Of a stretch of 25,252 nucleotides of DNA, positions 20,923 to 25,252 are shown piece after piece (position 1 is the first letter of the stretch; the number at the start of each line of letters is the position of its first letter). The notes beneath the pieces are model-generated. The model searched no databases and was not told where the DNA came from. It saw only the letters and a program-made list of their open reading frames with translations. A program made the translations under genes and the position numbers. The stretch is from positions 18,097,430-18,122,681 of the forward strand of contig JANKJI020000001.1 of the NCBI GenBank assembly GCA_024626585.2, read 5' to 3'. The stretch is from Ginkgo biloba. Lineage: Eukaryota > Plantae > Ginkgophyta.

Positions 20923-23825
20923 CTTATAGAGTGCAGATTATTTCAGAATGGAGTTGCAATGAATACAAGGATTGCAGAAAAACAATAAGCAGTAAAGATT
21001 GAAGCATCCAATTGTCTACCTGAAGTTTGATAATCTAAAAGAGCTAACACGTCTGAATAAGTCTCTCAAACACCCATACAAATTGAAAGCTTATAAGTGG
21101 TTCATGCCAGCAGAAAAAAATAAGATAACAGACATTACTACATTTATCATCAATTCTTTAAAAAATGATAATTAATAATAGGAAATAAATAAATATACAT
21201 GAATACACTTTATGTTCATAGAAATGATAAATCCATTTTAATCGAGTACTGGCAGTGCTTGGCACATGACTTGAAATAAATTTACCTAGTTATGAACATA
21301 TGGTATAGTTTCAAAAAATATCACCAACAACACTCAATGACCAAAACTAAACATTCATATAATTTCATATAATAAATTATTCATGAACTAGTAGTGCTTG
21401 ATTAATCAACACATATATCAATTTACTAAATACTGAGAGAGATGATAATCATGTTTAACTTTATTCCACTAACAATCTAGATTACAAGTATAGAAACCTT
21501 AACATTTATAAGGATATGTCCATAATCATTTCATTACAACACCCAAAAATTGGGAGAAACAAATGTTAAGATTTAACCACAAGGGTGTACACACATAGTA
21601 TAGACGAGTCCTCTAGATCAACAATCTGTGAAGGAAAAGGGGCATTCATGTCACACATACAAAACACATGATGAGAAATGAAAAGGAAAATATAAAATAT
21701 TAGGAAGACTCATCACTGGTGGTATTATTTGGTGGAACCCATTTTTATTCTTTCTTTCTCCTTTTATCTTTGAACTTTAGTCATTGTTACTATTGGCATG
21801 TTGGAGCCATTGAAACTGTTGAATTTGTTGCATGAAGTTGTATCACTAACTTCCTTTGGTATCTATTATACCTTCTTCTATATTCTTGGATTATAATTAT
21901 AAGATTCATAGAAATCATTCCTAGATATCTTTAATATTAGTGGTAGTAAATTATTTATTCTACAAATAAATATTTATAAACTCCTTGTCTGCTTGTATTA
22001 TTTCTTCTTTATATTTTCTTATAATATAATCCATCTCTTCATTGTGATGACACCTATCCCACAACGGTATTCTTAATTGATTAAAGTTGGATGTTTCTTA
22101 ATTATGTAAAATCCTAATATTATTCACCTTCTCTGATTTAACTGACTTAGTATAATCTTCCTTTGAAGTTAATTTATTATCCTTCAATGGGGAAGGAATT
22201 TGCCTTTCGAAGGTCGTCATCTCAAACAAATATTTTACTTTGAACATTTGATTTCTTATAGATAGTAGGAAATTGGAGATTTCTTGAGTAGCCTTTCTTT
22301 TGACAAAAAAAGAGGTTTAAAAATAACCAACCTCTTCCCCCTTAGGATAAGGCTCTCCAACTCCTTTGTCAACAAAGTTTAAAAATAAGAAAAAATCATT
22401 CTTCATAAAAAATTCTAACTCATCTATAAATTTTGAATACTCCTCAAAATTAGATGCAATTCTATAAGACAAATTTTGTATTTGAAATTCCATCTCCCAT
22501 ATTTATAGTCCCAATTTCACCACCTCATCTACCACTTTCTATGTAAATTCTAAAAAAGAATGTTTGCAAGTATTTGCAAGATAGTTATTTAGGAAATCCA
22601 CTATCTTCTAGGGGTATGATGGTAATAATGGGCTATACCATCATTAGAGGGGCTAGGGTTGATTCAAAATCCTTCATATTTCCTTCCAAGGATGGATTTT
22701 GTCATTTTATATGGGAATTTTATTGTGCTAACTCATCAATTTTCATTTGAAAGCATTTAAACAAAACGTTATGAAACTTGATTATTTCATGGATCGATAA
22801 CTAGTTCACATCCAACTCAATTTCTTAGATAGTCATGTCAATTGGTATGGATGTTTCCTTAGATTTTAAATATTTAGGTATAGATTACCTTACTTGAATA
22901 GTCTTCTTATTTGCATCAAAACAAAATAAAGCATGATAGTGACTAAAATAAAGAGGATAAGCAGAACCTACTTCATTTGGAGTTGCACATTGCTCATCAA
23001 TTCTACCAACTAAGGATTGAATGTTGATTCTATTTGAATATTTTCCCTAATCCATACCTATGGTCTATGTTGTGATATAATAATATTTTGATTACCATGG
23101 GCAAAGGAGACATTGAGTGACTCAGGATTGGATGTGTTCTTACTCATGGATAATGAATTGCTTGAACCTCAACTTTTGGAATACCTTTTATTCTTGGTGA
23201 GGGGTAGATCCTCTTCATGGATTTTCTTTCACTTTTTATCTATATTAGACTCATATCCACCATCGTCACTATTCACTCCCATTTATGATCTCTATTTTTT
23301 TCTTTCCACTCCACGATTGGTTGTATCTTGATCTATGGTGAAAGATTGCCTGCCACCATCCACTATTTTTGAACGAGACCCTCTTTACAAATCACTAGAT
23401 TAATATGATATGGAACCCTTAGGATTCTCTTCTTATAACTCTAAATATTTTAATTCATGTACAACATCATTGGTTTTTAAGTTATCATATGTTTTTGGAC
23501 TAGTCATAGGAGTGTCACTACCTTGTCTCTTATGGTCCACCGAATTGCAATCCATTATGTTTATGACCACATCTTCTAGTTTAAGTATATGATAATGGTG
23601 TAAGTTATAATATTTGGAAAAAATACCCTCTAGGTCATAATTTCTTTCCCATACATAATCAATTCTAAAACTTCTTATTTCATCGGTATGTGCTCTNNNN
23701 NNNNNNNNNNNNNNNNNNNNNNNNNNNNNNNNNNNNNNNNNNNNNNNNNNNNNNNNNNNNNNNNNNNNNNNNNNNNNNNNNNNNNNNNNNNNNNNNCATG
23801 CAAATGGTGATAGTTGATGCCTAAC

Positions 23826-24760
23826 ACTTTTTGAAGATATTAATTTATGAGAAGTTAAATGATGTCATAAAGAATCATGAAATGCAACTCTAACTTGGCT
23901 AAAGAAATAGCAATTGTTAGAACTATCTGTTGTGTATCTAGGAAAAGTTCTAAAGATATTATATCATAAACAATATATTTGGGAATTATGTTCACTCAAT
24001 TTCTTTAGAACATTTGTAGATTCTGATGTTTGATATGTAGCATGTTATTTAATCAAGTTCTCGGATATATTTAGGAGATGCATAATTGCAAGTTGAGATG
24101 ATCTCATTACAGGGAAAATATCTCTTGCACAATAATAAATGTGTTATTTTATAATGAGATAATTCATTAAAGTTAAGCAACAATGCCTTAAAGATTTGAG
24201 CATAAACTGGAGAAGCAATCCTCAGATGAAAAGATTGGTTGAACTCCTATGGTGAGAAGATGGATGGGAAATACAAACTCAGAGTGCCCCTAATAGAGTA
24301 CTGACAATATATCCACTTTAGAGCATGATCGTATGAAGAGAACCTTAAAAGGTTTTCTGGGCATAACTGTTTTTTCTGTAGAGTCAAAAAAAATTGGAAA
24401 GTTATTCTGGCTCATCAGAGATGTATTAAAAATTTAGTTGCTAATATGAATTTGTTGAGGAGCTAGTTCACTCTTGTGAAATCAAAATGACTACCTTGTT
24501 GTGTTGATGTTGTTTTTATTTACTATTTATGCTGATTACTGGCATGCAGTTTGCATTCTTGTCTCACTACAAGGATCAACATAATGGATAAGGCTCATTC
24601 ATCCATTGTTGCTCAAAAGGACTCAGAAAAATTATAATCCCACAGAAACTCTCTGATATCAGAAGTTGTTAGGTGCTGCAAACATTTTCCTCAACAAAGC
24701 ATAGTTCTGGAGGAATGAAGAAATAACAATGAGATGAAAACATTCTCCTTCTCTTTAATT
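23826..24760 (+). mobile_element. Possible ancient gypsy RT-RNase H remnant, upstream of or intronic to the EMF1-like exons
   Basis: Ordered weak motifs: F.(ED)ILIYEK (cf. FFDDILIYSK), KVLKILYHKQ, TLKGFLGIT (~24340-24368; cf. LRGFLGLT), FTIYAD and YQKLLG. Heavily frameshifted. Confidence 0.3.
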
Positions 24761-25046
24761 TTGGTCAAATTTATGCAATACAGAGAAGCATAGTCATAGA
24801 ACTGCTAGCATGACATATTGACTGCTTAGATCTTCACTTTTGTCATGGCACAGACTTTTATTGTTGATTTTATTTCTGTGTTGATAATTATTTTGAACTG
24901 CAGGCAAATTTCAAGTCTCGAGTTAACCATATCACACTGAAACACTTGGTTGACATGACAAGTGATGAGAACATAGAGAACAATTTGAAGATGGTATTTT
25001 TTACTCTAAGAAAGAATGAAACCTTTCTCTCTTATCCATAACCCCC

Positions 25047-25049
<3 letters not shown>

Positions 25050-25095
<46 letters not shown>
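25050..25095 (+). repeat. (AG)23 microsatellite (GAGA tract)
   Basis: Read directly as a perfect dinucleotide run. Confidence 0.97.
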
Positions 25096-25099
<4 letters not shown>

Positions 25100-25252
25100 C
25101 ATTCATAAACCAAACATGGGTACCTAACTATAAACATTGAAGGCAATAAAGACCATAGAAAGAAAACTCGTGGTTTAGCATCTTCTTGAGAACTAGCGTC
25201 GCAATATTATGAATATTTAATATTTTTTGTTCACGTTTACCATATTCAACAT

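Noticed and set aside
1-25252. CRISPR arrays, tRNA/rRNA genes or prokaryotic-type systems
   Set aside because: There is no regularly spaced repeat array or structured RNA signature. The content is plant nuclear DNA.

Overview
AT-rich, gap-riddled eukaryotic plant scaffold. The TE families and gene architecture suggest a gymnosperm, but this is inference. About 1.3-16.8 kb is a graveyard of decayed retroelements: Ty3/gypsy chromovirus-type gag, protease, RT, RNase H, integrase and chromodomain fragments, L1-type LINE ORF1 and ORF2 fragments, and one apparently young poly(A) retroposed insert with a perfect 14-bp TSD. The only host gene I can support is the 3' part of a minus-strand EMBRYONIC FLOWER 1 (EMF1)-like Polycomb-associated gene. 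Its exons are ~19403-20746 and 18307-18951, with a possible small exon at 20863-20922, and it is recognised by the EIPMDIVELMAKIQHER and CTLNRNPAE...SFGKR...GQKRRR motifs. Its 5' exons were not found in the window. A gypsy RT/RNase H fragment and a 100-N gap separate the two large exons, so the 525-aa ORF in the track is a chimera. I see no rRNA, tRNA or CRISPR features and no convincing wholly novel system. The best leads are the EMF1-like protein's motif mosaic, the TE-interrupted gene structure and the young retroposed insert. All family calls are from by-eye translation and recalled motifs, not database searches.
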